Source: a virus
Direction: 5' to 3' (one strand)
Virus record (IMG/VR): IMGVR_UViG_3300037628_000362
Location: 1 to 64,000 of that record
Length of the DNA: 64,000 bases
Below are positions 29,856 through 40,171 of this stretch, piece by piece. Below the pieces are notes generated by a model that did not search any database, was not told the origin of the DNA, and saw only the letters and a program-made list of their open reading frames with translations. Positions within the stretch are counted from its first letter, which is position 1. Every line of letters begins with the position of its first letter. A program made the position numbers and the translations under genes.

Positions 29856-32800
29856 ATGGGCCTTGCTGATGACTTTGACGCCTGGAAATCAAAGCCAGCC
29901 GCGACCGACAAGGGCAGTGAAGTACCTATCGATACACTTGTCGAGAAGTTCGAGCGATGGAAAGCCCCGCGGGCCATAAGCGAGCCTCTGCCTGCACCAC
30001 TATCGCCCACTCAACCCGGGCAGCGACCTTTGCCGGAGCCCGGGTTTGCGCCGAAGACCGCGGAGACAGTGCCCGCCGCATCGGCTCAGATTCCGAGGTC
30101 CATGCAACCAGAGCAGCGCACATTAAGCCCGGAGGAACAGCGGCAGTGGATTTCCGATAAAGATAAGCGAGACCGGAAGCTTGCCGAGGAGTACGTGGCA
30201 AGTGTCGTAGAATCAGGCGGAATTTTGCCCGAGGACGATATCTATACTGAACCTGACCCCGGCCCTATTAGTCCGCAGGAACAGGCACAGGCAGTGCATA
30301 GAAACTTGCGAGAAGGATTGCCTGGGTATAAGAACGCTCTTGTCAGAACTATTGGGCAGGGCCTCGCTGGCGCAGGTAGTCAGTTCGCATCGCTGGCCAG
30401 TCGACTAGAAGGCGAAGATGTAAAGGCTGACGAAATAAATCGCCTTAATCAGATGTCCGAGCAAGCTGCCGCAATGGAAGATAAAAACTCTATAATCAAC
30501 AGGAGACTTCTTTCTGGCGGTCGGAGTGCCGTAAATTCCCTGGCGACGATGATTATCGGTAGGGCAGCCGGCCTTCCTGGCATGATCGGGCTATTTACTG
30601 CTGAGTCAGTAAATCAAGCCATCACTGATGGTCGGGATGCTGGGCTCTCAGGAAGTAAGTTGGTCGCACATGCGGCAACGCAAGGGGCCATTGAGGGAGT
30701 CGTTACGTGGATATTCTCAAAAATTGGTCTCGGTGGCGTTGAATCAAAGCTGGCTTCCCGAGCGATCCTTAGTGCGGGCCTGAAGGAGGCAGCCAAAAAA
30801 ACAGGTAAAACTGTCGGCGGCGAATGGACAGAGGAACAGATTATATTATTCGGACAGAGCCTAACGTCCTCCCTCGCTGGCGTACAAGACCCTATGACTC
30901 TTGTGCATGAGGATGGAAGCTTTCGCGATAAAGACGGAAATTTCACGCCGTACATCGAGTCTGTAATTGACACGTCTGTCGCGGTCTTCATTATGTCCGG
31001 CACTGTCAGTGCCCCAGATATCGCATCCGCTGGAATGCGACAGATTGGTGGCCGGAAGCGTAAACCACTTGGCGAACCAGAAGGAGAAACTGATGTTTCA
31101 GAACCAACTAAAGTCGATGAGCCCGTGGGAGAGGACCCTACTAGTCAGCCAATTACTCCACAAACTCAACTGCCGGATGACGGAACGACAGTGGAACGTC
31201 CTCCCAGTGAACCTGGAGCAGTCGATGAGCCAGCAGTTATTCCTGACGAAGCCGAGCCTGCCCCGGAAGAAGAAGTACCGGCCGGGGACGGGGAAGCGGT
31301 ACTAGAACAAGCCCGGTCACAGCCTGGGGTTTGGACGCGGGTGCCTGCGGGCGCGGCGCCACCCAGCTTGCCGGGCATTGAAATAAAGAAGACGATCGAC
31401 GGTACGTACATTCGTTTCACAGAAGGAGAACCTGATGCCCAAGAAACTCCACCAGAAGTTGTCCCGCCAAGCAGCGAAGAAGGGCTTGAAGGGCAGCAGC
31501 CAGAAGGCGTACGTGTACGGGACGCTGCGGAAGCAGAAGAAGAAGGCCCGGGGAGGGTAATCGGTCCCCAGTTGCCAGCACAACCGGAACCAGAGGTGCC
31601 AGCGGCCGAGGTGCCCCCAGAAGCTCCTGTGAGGTCCGTAGACGAGCCCGAGGTAATCCGGGCAAGGTTTATCGATGATCTGGAACGTGAGGGCGTGGCT
31701 GTCGCACCAGACGGATCAACGGTTAAGATAGTGCCTGATCCGGGCAAAAAGGGCCGTTTTATAGTTGAAACAGCAACGGCCAGCGGAAGTTCCATAACGA
31801 AAGGCCCATGGAGGGGGTATACGCGCGACCAAGCCATCGAAATCGCCGCCACTGGGATTGATTTCGCTAAATCTCAAGGCGCTGGGCCAGAAGAAGCAGG
31901 GCCGCCTGGTCAGCCATCTCCGCTCGCCGCCGGCGCCATTTCTCAAGAGTTACAGGACATACTTGACGCCGGCAAGCCGGAGAAAATCGTTGTCGAACCA
32001 ACTGAGCCAACCACAGAATTGGCATTTCAGCCTGAAACCCCTGAGAAACCACTAAGTGACACGTTGTCACAACCGGCAGAGACGCCCCTTGAGCCTGAAA
32101 GGAGGACAGAATGGATTGCTGATCGCGGCATGGAACACATAGCGACCGCGGCTGACGGCTCTGAGGTGTACATAAAAGCCGATCCGACGAATGAAGGCCG
32201 GTTTGTAGTGGAAGTCGTCAAAGACGGCATGCGCGAAATAAAGAGAGACCCGAAAGAGGGATATGCCTTTAAGGGATACACTCGCGAAGAGGCCGTGAAG
32301 AGGGCCCACGAAGAGGCTGGTGTTTCAGAAACACCGAAGAAGAAGTCAGTCGGAAAAAAGAAGCCAGTCAAGAAGAAGAAGTTGTCACCGGCTGCTAAAC
32401 GGGACGTACGGATCAAGGAATTGCGACGGAAGAAAGAAGACGCCAAAAGGGCCATAGAGAAGACTAAGGAGACTAAGGAAGCGGCAGAGAAGCCCGTCAA
32501 GAAAAAGAAGTCGGACAGTGACGCCGGAAAATCCACGCGGATAGGTGCCACTAGAAAAAAGCGGCTGGGCAGTAAGATCACTCGGTCCTCGCTAGCCAAG
32601 ACATTTCCTGGAGCAAAGATAAAGCCAGCCCCTAATGGTTGGCACGTGGAGATCGGCGATTCATTTTTCACAGTCGAGCTGACAGACGAGGTGGCTCCAG
32701 TTGATTGGAAGGCAATAGAGGCTTCTGGCGTAAAGGTGTCGGCAAAGCTGCGAGGCCAGATAGCTGTTGCCGGATCATTTTCGCTGAAATTACCGGACGG

Positions 32801-35800
32801 GACTAAGCATAGTGGGCTTGGCTTAATTCGCCTACTGAGTGGCCTGGCCGATGAAGCAACCCTACGGCACGAGGCTTTACATCTGGCCCGGCAAGCTGGA
32901 CTTCTTGGGGAAGCTGAATGGCAAGCCCTTGTAAAAGAGCACGCGCCGGATTCTAAGGTTCAGGAAATCCAGGAAGAGCGGGTCGCCAATGCTCGTGAGA
33001 TCGAGCGTACGGTTCCAAATATTTGGGGTCGGGTGCGGTCATGGCTTCGACGCCTGCTCTCAAGTATAGGAGTAACAGAATATCAGTCTCGTGACATCCA
33101 TCTACTGCTTGGCGAATCTGGATTCTGGCACCGACCGGCAAAACCGCGAGGCGATGTTACCGTAAGGTACCAGCTCCTGAGAGGTCGCCCTGATTTAGCG
33201 AATCCAGCTTACGATCAGCCTGCCCGGGATCTAGTGACCGAGGCAGATGAACAACGCAAACTGGAGGGTAGTCCGGGCGTGCGCTCGGACATTGAGGTAC
33301 AGGCGAACGCCGACGCCCGGCTAAAAAATGATTATTCTCGTGAACGGGCCAACTTATTGGCTAAGGGTCGAAGCGGGCGGATGCTAGATGATGTGGAAAC
33401 CGTGATAGCTAAGTCGATCGTCAACCGTGAGGCAATGGAGGCGATTCAGTCTGGCGATATTGGACGCAAAGAGGATACTATCGCAATAATTGAGTCCTAC
33501 CGGAACACAGGGACCGAACAGGCACGAGCTTTCCGCCAGCGAGTAGATCCAGTTGAGTCCCCGGCCGAGCGAATAGCCAGGGCACTGACTGAGGCAATTT
33601 TCAGTCCGCCTACTAAACAGCGGAACCGTCGCGACAAAGACCGTAGCAAGGGGAGAAACGAAGAGGCGGATAAGATTAACCGGGACTGGGCCAATAAATT
33701 CGATGAGCTAAAGAAGAGGCTGGCCCTGCTGGGTATCGACATCAATGAACTGCACCGTCTCGGATATTCACGTCGCCAAGCTGCTCGCGCATTACAGGTG
33801 ATTTCCCAGGCACGCGCGGACGGGTGGGATAAAGTTTACGAATACTGGCGCAACTCAATACTATCGGCACCTACGACCCAGATGGCCAACCTGACCGGAA
33901 ACTTTGGAAACGCCGTATGGTCATTGACTGCGGAACGACTGACCGAAGCGTTAGCGAATTCCGTTATCGGCCGCCCTGAGGGGGCGCAGTTTGGTGAATA
34001 CAAGCACATACTAGCAGGACTCCTTCCAGGGCTCTCGCGGGCGTCGCGTAACTTTTTCATTACATTTGACACGGAAACTCCGACGTTCGAGGACCAACTT
34101 GGACGTGCAGGGAAGTTTCGTATTGAAGACCCTGACACTAAGATTTCTGGTGATAAAGGGCGAACTATTCGGATGCCGCAGCGACTATTACTGGCCGTGG
34201 ATGACTTCGCCAAGACATTGTTCGCCACTATGGAAGTTGGAGCTAGGGCCTACAGGATAGCAAAGGACGAAGGGCTTAGTGGCGATAAAATGCGGATACG
34301 TATGGCCGAGCTAACTGACGATATCGAATCACCGGCATGGGAAGCGGCGTATAATTCCTCGCTAGAAATGGCTTTCCAGCAGAAAGGCACCCAGCTTGGC
34401 CAGAAGATTAAGCGGCAGGTACTGTCGGGGAGAAAGGATGTTCCTGCAATACGGTATGTGCTTCCATTTGTGATTACTCCGATCAATATCTTTGAAACCG
34501 GCCTCAAAAAATCTCCACTAGGATCGCTCGGCATAGGAATGCGGATGTATCAGAACTACCGGGCAGGGGAGCCAGTTCTAAAGAACACGAGTCGGGAAGT
34601 AGCACAGCAAATATTAGCCTGGGGTTTAGTCTTGCTCTTAATGGGAAACGATGATGATGATCCCTGGATTACTGGCGCTGAGGAGTTAACTGGAGCACGC
34701 GAGGTAGGCTACCGCACAATTCCGAAACAATCAATAAAGTTCGGTAACACTTGGCACAGTTATCATCGCATTGAACCGTTTGCGACAACACTTGGACTTG
34801 CCACGGATTGGGTCAACGCGGTTCGTAGTGACGATCCTGGACGACAGTTGAGCACTCCGTTCCGCTCGCTGGTCGGGCAGATGAAGGAAAAGACGTTTTT
34901 GACAGGAGTCGGAGATATCATTAAGGCGTTTGAGGCGGAAGATCCAGAGGAGAAAGCAGCTCAGTGGGCCAGTAATTTCGCGACTAGCTGGGTTCCGAAT
35001 ATCATTCGCTCGCAAGATCGTGCAATGGATAATTTCTACTATAATCGGCGCGTCTGGGGTAGTGGCAATGATTGGTGGGCTAGTCTCGGAAAACGTACAC
35101 TGCAAAAATCTGAACTGCCACTTAGTATTCAGGAGTACCCAATTTATGATGTTTGGGGTCGCCCAGCCGCCCGTTCCGAAGTTTCTGAATTCCCTGGAGC
35201 AGATTTTCTTTACAGGATGTTCGTTCCCGTGAAGTTGCGACAGGAAGACATTTTCATCGCCGACCGGTTACTGATGAACTACAATAATATGTCACCAGAC
35301 GAAGCCCGTTATCCACGGACACCCCGTCCGTATTACCGTAAGGGGCGAGAGACGATTTACATGAGCGATGGTCAGTATGCCGATTATGTTCGCTTGGCCG
35401 GCGAGACAGCCAGTTCCGCACTTGAGTTATTTCCACTGGACCCAGAAAATCCAACTCGAACAGACGTAGATATCATCGGCGATGTAGTATCTGGATCACG
35501 CCAACGTACGAGGGATCTCCTGGTGAAACACTGGAAGGATAGAGACGGTGATATAAATGATGTTCAGCGTAAGTTGATAGAGTACGCCGACACGCAGGCA
35601 AAAAAGACCGTAAAGAAAATGGCCAAGACTGCCTTACTTGGCTACCGGTATCCAGGGAAAGATAAGGACGAAACGGAGGCCGAGTATAGAGAGCAAGAAC
35701 GAGAGTACCTAGAAGCCGCGAAAAACGACCGCGACTGGCTCCGTAAGCACCAAGATAAGCCGGTTGTGAAAGGGGTTCTGTCGAGCACTTGGCGGACAGA

Positions 35801-35897
35801 CAGAGCCAAGCTGCTCGGCTCTAATCTCACGGGGCGCGGACAATCAAGGCAGATCCAACGGAAGAAACGGAACTTGGCTAAAAAATGGCTTGACTGA
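29856..35897 (+). CDS. Large (2013 aa) polyvalent internal virion/ejection protein
   Basis: Size and position; low-complexity Pro/Glu linker, Lys-rich tract, HEALH zincin-like motif, PFV.TP.N C-terminal motif. Confidence 0.75.
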   Translation: MGLADDFDAWKSKPAATDKGSEVPIDTLVEKFERWKAPRAISEPLPAPLSPTQPGQRPLPEPGFAPKTAETVPAASAQIPRSMQPEQRTLSPEEQRQWISDKDKRDRKLAEEYVASVVESGGILPEDDIYTEPDPGPISPQEQAQAVHRNLREGLPGYKNALVRTIGQGLAGAGSQFASLASRLEGEDVKADEINRLNQMSEQAAAMEDKNSIINRRLLSGGRSAVNSLATMIIGRAAGLPGMIGLFTAESVNQAITDGRDAGLSGSKLVAHAATQGAIEGVVTWIFSKIGLGGVESKLASRAILSAGLKEAAKKTGKTVGGEWTEEQIILFGQSLTSSLAGVQDPMTLVHEDGSFRDKDGNFTPYIESVIDTSVAVFIMSGTVSAPDIASAGMRQIGGRKRKPLGEPEGETDVSEPTKVDEPVGEDPTSQPITPQTQLPDDGTTVERPPSEPGAVDEPAVIPDEAEPAPEEEVPAGDGEAVLEQARSQPGVWTRVPAGAAPPSLPGIEIKKTIDGTYIRFTEGEPDAQETPPEVVPPSSEEGLEGQQPEGVRVRDAAEAEEEGPGRVIGPQLPAQPEPEVPAAEVPPEAPVRSVDEPEVIRARFIDDLEREGVAVAPDGSTVKIVPDPGKKGRFIVETATASGSSITKGPWRGYTRDQAIEIAATGIDFAKSQGAGPEEAGPPGQPSPLAAGAISQELQDILDAGKPEKIVVEPTEPTTELAFQPETPEKPLSDTLSQPAETPLEPERRTEWIADRGMEHIATAADGSEVYIKADPTNEGRFVVEVVKDGMREIKRDPKEGYAFKGYTREEAVKRAHEEAGVSETPKKKSVGKKKPVKKKKLSPAAKRDVRIKELRRKKEDAKRAIEKTKETKEAAEKPVKKKKSDSDAGKSTRIGATRKKRLGSKITRSSLAKTFPGAKIKPAPNGWHVEIGDSFFTVELTDEVAPVDWKAIEASGVKVSAKLRGQIAVAGSFSLKLPDGTKHSGLGLIRLLSGLADEATLRHEALHLARQAGLLGEAEWQALVKEHAPDSKVQEIQEERVANAREIERTVPNIWGRVRSWLRRLLSSIGVTEYQSRDIHLLLGESGFWHRPAKPRGDVTVRYQLLRGRPDLANPAYDQPARDLVTEADEQRKLEGSPGVRSDIEVQANADARLKNDYSRERANLLAKGRSGRMLDDVETVIAKSIVNREAMEAIQSGDIGRKEDTIAIIESYRNTGTEQARAFRQRVDPVESPAERIARALTEAIFSPPTKQRNRRDKDRSKGRNEEADKINRDWANKFDELKKRLALLGIDINELHRLGYSRRQAARALQVISQARADGWDKVYEYWRNSILSAPTTQMANLTGNFGNAVWSLTAERLTEALANSVIGRPEGAQFGEYKHILAGLLPGLSRASRNFFITFDTETPTFEDQLGRAGKFRIEDPDTKISGDKGRTIRMPQRLLLAVDDFAKTLFATMEVGARAYRIAKDEGLSGDKMRIRMAELTDDIESPAWEAAYNSSLEMAFQQKGTQLGQKIKRQVLSGRKDVPAIRYVLPFVITPINIFETGLKKSPLGSLGIGMRMYQNYRAGEPVLKNTSREVAQQILAWGLVLLLMGNDDDDPWITGAEELTGAREVGYRTIPKQSIKFGNTWHSYHRIEPFATTLGLATDWVNAVRSDDPGRQLSTPFRSLVGQMKEKTFLTGVGDIIKAFEAEDPEEKAAQWASNFATSWVPNIIRSQDRAMDNFYYNRRVWGSGNDWWASLGKRTLQKSELPLSIQEYPIYDVWGRPAARSEVSEFPGADFLYRMFVPVKLRQEDIFIADRLLMNYNNMSPDEARYPRTPRPYYRKGRETIYMSDGQYADYVRLAGETASSALELFPLDPENPTRTDVDIIGDVVSGSRQRTRDLLVKHWKDRDGDINDVQRKLIEYADTQAKKTVKKMAKTALLGYRYPGKDKDETEAEYREQEREYLEAAKNDRDWLRKHQDKPVVKGVLSSTWRTDRAKLLGSNLTGRGQSRQIQRKKRNLAKKWLD
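32056..32070. promoter_or_regulatory. Palindromic site (copy 3, intragenic)
   Basis: GTGACACGTTGTCAC inside the low-complexity linker of the large ORF. Confidence 0.8.
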
Positions 35898-35944
35898 TGG
35901 CATGCATGAAGTACAGTGGTAGTATCATCCCGTTAACTTGACCT

Positions 35945-36217
35945 ATGGGATTTCCTATGAAAAAAGCCAAGAACGAAAAAGAAGCGCGGAAAATACAGGA
36001 GACCTATCAAGGCAAGCCTCATGGCTGGATACAATGGAAGGGCACGGATGTCTGCATGGACATTCACTGCAAATGCGGATATCAAACACATATAGATGGC
36101 GATTTCGTGTATTCAGTCAAATGCCCAAAATGTGGGACAGTCTATAACTGTAACGGGCATATAGAGTTCATTGAGCTAGAAGAGCCTGAAGAATTTGTTA
36201 GCACGCCCTATCCTTAA
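35945..36217 (+). CDS. Small zinc-ribbon hypothetical protein
   Basis: WIQWKGTDVCMD.HCKCG...CPKCG. Confidence 0.7.
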   Translation: MGFPMKKAKNEKEARKIQETYQGKPHGWIQWKGTDVCMDIHCKCGYQTHIDGDFVYSVKCPKCGTVYNCNGHIEFIELEEPEEFVSTPYP

Positions 36218-36235
36218 CTACGGAGGACATTTGAC

Positions 36236-36655
36236 ATGCTAGACAAGATAAATTGGGACGGCGACCCCGCTGATTACAAGACTCGTGACGGAGCTGATAT
36301 TATCGCGTTTGGTCGTTACGCCCTTCCCTTACCTCGCGGCGAAACTCACTGGGCCGTACCTGTAGGTACTTTCCCGCGGTCCTATTACTTCAATGGCCTA
36401 TACGTAAAGAGCGTCGAGCACGGCGTAGACATCATTCTTAAGATAAAGCCAATGCCGTCCTGTGTGGTAGCAGTCGTTGAAGGTACTCTCGGACTTTTCA
36501 TTCAGCCACTGTCGTGGATTAGTCCAGCGTATTCCAACAGCACCCGCTATAAATTCCAGGCACAGCGGGTCGGAGATCACTGTGCTTGCTGCAACGGACA
36601 TGGCATAATGATCGACGAGGGCCTGATACTCGGCGTGCCGGAACCTGGCGCTTAA
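36236..36655 (+). CDS. Hypothetical protein
   Basis: GGAGG RBS, YKTRDG motif. Confidence 0.6.
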   Translation: MLDKINWDGDPADYKTRDGADIIAFGRYALPLPRGETHWAVPVGTFPRSYYFNGLYVKSVEHGVDIILKIKPMPSCVVAVVEGTLGLFIQPLSWISPAYSNSTRYKFQAQRVGDHCACCNGHGIMIDEGLILGVPEPGA

Positions 36656-36690
36656 TGGAGGATTTCTGCGTAATACAGCAACTATGCCGC

Positions 36691-36729
36691 CCCGTCACGA
36701 GTCTTCTCTCTGCTCGTGACGGGTTTTTT
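36691..36729 (+). terminator. Intrinsic terminator
   Basis: 11-bp stem CCCGTCACGAG/CTCGTGACGGG plus T6. Confidence 0.8.
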
Positions 36730-36811
36730 CTTGCGCCGGCTTGACTTTCTGCCAAGCAAACCTAGTGTTGATTGCACTAGGATATCACCTGTTCTTTCTT
36801 AGGATGTAGCT

Positions 36812-37069
36812 ATGGGCAAAACCGTCAATGATCGTTGCTGGGCGGCTCTCTGGAGATCGCGAAATAAGCTTGACGGAGAAATCAGCCACTTAATGACCGT
36901 CCACTGCGTTCCCGTGTTATTCAGGACAGCCAGGGCCACAACGGAATGGATCCGGGAGCATTACGGGTACATCGCCACTCGAAAGGATTTACGGGCGGAG
37001 CCGTATGGATGGAGAATGCCGATTCCTGTCCGTGTTGAGATCACCGTAAACTCAGGGAGTAAAAAGTAA
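36812..37069 (+). CDS. Hypothetical protein
   Basis: 85 aa, RBS present. Confidence 0.6.
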   Translation: MGKTVNDRCWAALWRSRNKLDGEISHLMTVHCVPVLFRTARATTEWIREHYGYIATRKDLRAEPYGWRMPIPVRVEITVNSGSKK

Positions 37070-37389
37070 TGGCTATTCGACCGGTGAGGGTAAGAACGTT
37101 CACGCTCAGCATCAATCAGCGCTGGTGGGAATCACCTGGTGGTGTTGATCTCTGCCGTTGCATCCTGGAAAAGTTTGTGGTATTGCCGAAGCATCTTGAG
37201 ACTTTGGAAGTTCGGATTTTCCGACAGGCGAAAAAAGGGGCATTCAGGCTTGCTAGCGATTATTGGCGGCAGTGGGGTGTCGACGGTGAACGAATAGGGT
37301 TTATTATGAATGTGGAAGTCTACCTTTCTGAGGTCAGTGAGTATACCCGTAGACCCCTGTACGCTGAAATTTGGTACGACGAACCGTGA
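37069..37389 (+). CDS. Hypothetical protein
   Basis: 106 aa, TAATG coupling. Confidence 0.55.
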   Translation: MAIRPVRVRTFTLSINQRWWESPGGVDLCRCILEKFVVLPKHLETLEVRIFRQAKKGAFRLASDYWRQWGVDGERIGFIMNVEVYLSEVSEYTRRPLYAEIWYDEP

Positions 37390-37425
37390 ACCCAGTAATA
37401 ATTTCACTATTTTTGAAAGGTAGAA

Positions 37426-37764
37426 ATGAAAAGATCCTACTCGAACGTGATGTACGTTACGCCACACGATTTTGACTTGGTTGTAAATGGCACCTCGACT
37501 GCGACCACCAGAATCGGAGACCGGCGTAAAATATGGCCAGTCCGGCATCGCCTTGTGATCGTCGATAATACAAAAAATGATCGACGGCTGGAGGCTGAAA
37601 TCGTCTATAATGAGTTAATGAATCTTCGAGATGTCTCCAGAACTCAGGCCGGGACCATCGGCGGGTACGGAATTAAAGAACATTACGATGATTTCACTTC
37701 TATTTACTCTGGTTCTGATGACAGCACTATTTTAAGCCTGGTTGGATTCAGGGTACTGGCGTAG
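37426..37764 (+). CDS. ASCH/PUA-like domain protein
   Basis: V.G..T.T.R motif and 112-aa size. Confidence 0.6.
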   Translation: MKRSYSNVMYVTPHDFDLVVNGTSTATTRIGDRRKIWPVRHRLVIVDNTKNDRRLEAEIVYNELMNLRDVSRTQAGTIGGYGIKEHYDDFTSIYSGSDDSTILSLVGFRVLA

Positions 37765-37806
37765 GGTAGCTTTTATTCCCCACCCGTGTTATCGTAGATG
37801 TAGAAA

Positions 37807-37821
37807 GTGACAACGTGTCAC
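37807..37821. promoter_or_regulatory. Palindromic site (copy 4)
   Basis: GTGACAACGTGTCAC; flank ATTGYACTTTT shared with copy 1. Confidence 0.85.
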
Positions 37822-37854
37822 ATTGCACTTTTCCCCGCAATCGGAGGATGAAAA

Positions 37855-38514
37855 ATGAAGCGCTTTTGGCTGACACTGCTTTTGGTAGGTCTTCTTTCAC
37901 ACGCCACTCAGGCCGCTCAGGGCTACATCGTCATCGACGGACTCACTCCAGGCCGGCATTACGTGGCCTTCGAGATCGCCGTTGGCTCCGATGGCACTGT
38001 CACCGCTGTTCCTCTGAAGCAGATTGGCAATATTGCCCTGAAACCCCCTGTTATCGAGATTCCTCCTCCGGACGGGTTCCGTGCATCGATCAAAAACCTC
38101 GCCGCCGCAGTCCCGGCACACGATCATAAGGACCGGGTGGCGGCGGGGCTCTCGGCCGTCTATATGGCCGTCTCAGCGAAGCTGGGGTCTGGTGAGATTA
38201 CAGCCCAGCAGGGGCTCCAGGCGATCGACGAAGCCAGTGACGTGATTCTGGGGGCCCTTGACTCCACGGATCACTGGACAGAGTTCCGGGCCGGCCTAAA
38301 GGTGGCGATTAACAACCTGGAACTCCAAGAGCCTAATGACCTGGCGATCGCCCTGGTAGTGGCAGCCGAGGTGCTGTCTGGTAATCAGTCGGTTGCCGAC
38401 CTTCTGCCCATGATCACCATGTTAATCGACGCTATCGTAGATCCGGATCGTCGCCCGTTTCTTAACATGATCCTAAAAGCTGTAATCTCTATCCTGCTGG
38501 TACGGGGGCTGTAG
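37855..38514 (+). CDS. Exported/membrane protein, candidate lysis accessory
   Basis: N-terminal signal peptide (..ATQA), hydrophobic C-terminus. Confidence 0.65.
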   Translation: MKRFWLTLLLVGLLSHATQAAQGYIVIDGLTPGRHYVAFEIAVGSDGTVTAVPLKQIGNIALKPPVIEIPPPDGFRASIKNLAAAVPAHDHKDRVAAGLSAVYMAVSAKLGSGEITAQQGLQAIDEASDVILGALDSTDHWTEFRAGLKVAINNLELQEPNDLAIALVVAAEVLSGNQSVADLLPMITMLIDAIVDPDRRPFLNMILKAVISILLVRGL

Positions 38515-38516
38515 AG

Positions 38517-39563
38517 ATGAATCCAGTTCAAGAAGCAAAGGCCGGCGGCAACCTAATTGGCATAGGGCTCTGGGATCTCGCAAAACTTCGGGCCAACATG
38601 GCTCTCGAAGACCCTCGTGCCGGTCCCGAGAAACTACTCGGTACGCCGCCTGCTTGTAAATGCGGATTCCCTGACGCCGGCGACCCAGAGATTGCAGAGG
38701 GCGATGTCGATGTGATCCAGCGGTGCCTCGACTGCGACGAAGAGCATGCCATAGCACTAAAGAAGGCCCATGCTAGCCGTCTGGCCAGAAAGGGGTCTGG
38801 TTCGTGGGGTCACTGCGTAACGGGATATCCAGATTATCACTCGACAACGTACGGAGTGGATATTCTTTCATTTCCGACGCGCTACTTCCGTGAACTGACT
38901 GATAAAGAGAAGAGAAGCCTGTCGTGGCTGGATAGCCCATGGTGGGGCTGGAGTGTCCCAGAGGTCATGGATAGGTTTTCCGGAAAAACAGTCTTAGACG
39001 CCTGCCTGATGATCGGGATCGAGGAGACGTACCGCCGCGTTGGATGCGCTCATGTCCGAGTGGACAGTAAAAAAGAAGCCAGTATCTGGATAAAGGCCCG
39101 ACCGATGCCCGGAAGCCAGACCGGCATTGGATGGTTCCCTGAGCCAGGGTGTCGGTCTAAGGTCGAGTTCCATATCGACAGCTTATGGAACCCAAGAGAC
39201 TTACACTCTCTGATTTGTCTGTTCGGCCATGAGTGCGGCCACTGTAACGGCCTGGAGCACACGTTCGCTGGTCAGGCTCGACATCACGGCGTCATGGGCT
39301 ACGACGACAAGACTCCCTACGAGGGATTCAGTACCGGCCAGGGGGCGCACACGCTTCCGCGGGACCCAAGCCGGGATGTTCTGGAAAGATTTTACACGCC
39401 ATCTACGGTTCCTCCTCTCAACGGGCCCGAGCCTCCACTCACGCAATTGACTCGCAGGCCCAGCGAGGAGGAATTCGACGCACTTCAGAATCGGATCGGC
39501 CTGGAGCTGGCAGATTTCCGCGGGCAATATTACGGGACAGAGAGCGGCCCGATAATCTGGTAA
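38517..39563 (+). CDS. Matrixin-like (metzincin) zinc metallopeptidase
   Basis: HECGHCNGLEH (HExxHxxGxxH), Met-turn VMGY, cysteine-switch-like KCGFPD. Confidence 0.8.
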   Translation: MNPVQEAKAGGNLIGIGLWDLAKLRANMALEDPRAGPEKLLGTPPACKCGFPDAGDPEIAEGDVDVIQRCLDCDEEHAIALKKAHASRLARKGSGSWGHCVTGYPDYHSTTYGVDILSFPTRYFRELTDKEKRSLSWLDSPWWGWSVPEVMDRFSGKTVLDACLMIGIEETYRRVGCAHVRVDSKKEASIWIKARPMPGSQTGIGWFPEPGCRSKVEFHIDSLWNPRDLHSLICLFGHECGHCNGLEHTFAGQARHHGVMGYDDKTPYEGFSTGQGAHTLPRDPSRDVLERFYTPSTVPPLNGPEPPLTQLTRRPSEEEFDALQNRIGLELADFRGQYYGTESGPIIW

Positions 39564-39585
39564 TAGGAAGTGAGATAACTAAGCC

Positions 39586-39873
39586 ATGCAAGAAAAGCAA
39601 CCTATTGGCCCGCGCGAGTTCCAGTGGCATTTTGGATGGTACAGCACTAAGACTCACGCAGTTCATTTCAAGACGGCGGGAAAGGCAAAATATAATCAGT
39701 CGGTTAGGAGTCTTTGCGGTGCGTTTGTATATCCGTTTTCACCTCCGAGTGGAAAATGGTCCGAGTTTCAGGAGCGAGCACAGGCAAGGAGCCAAGGTGC
39801 TGGTTCGATGTGTAAACATTGCATGAAGCGTGTTTCGGCAATAACGAATGAGCATAAACCAGAGGGGGCATAA
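39586..39873 (+). CDS. Hypothetical protein
   Basis: 95 aa, H..LCG..CxxC. Confidence 0.55.
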   Translation: MQEKQPIGPREFQWHFGWYSTKTHAVHFKTAGKAKYNQSVRSLCGAFVYPFSPPSGKWSEFQERAQARSQGAGSMCKHCMKRVSAITNEHKPEGA

Positions 39874-39875
39874 AC

Positions 39876-40097
39876 ATGAACCTACACATCGATCTTGACG
39901 CCGCATTAGGCATCGCTGGGCTGGCAATTACAGTCATTGGGGCGTGTCTGGGAGCCTGCTGGATTCTTTGCAAGCGCCTGACTAAACTTTCTGGCTCAAT
40001 CGACAAACTCGGTGCCCTACTCGACCTTCGCATCGATAACCTGGAGAAAGAGTTACGGAAGCTCTGGGATATCGTGAACACAAGAAAAGTGAAATAA
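39876..40097 (+). CDS. Small single-TM protein, holin-like candidate
   Basis: One hydrophobic helix, coiled coil, basic C-terminus. Confidence 0.5.
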   Translation: MNLHIDLDAALGIAGLAITVIGACLGACWILCKRLTKLSGSIDKLGALLDLRIDNLEKELRKLWDIVNTRKVK

Positions 40098-40171
40098 TTC
40101 TTGCACTTCCCGAAACACAACCTACGTTTGTTTGTCGTCAAACTATTACTTGACTCATCAACGGAGAAATA

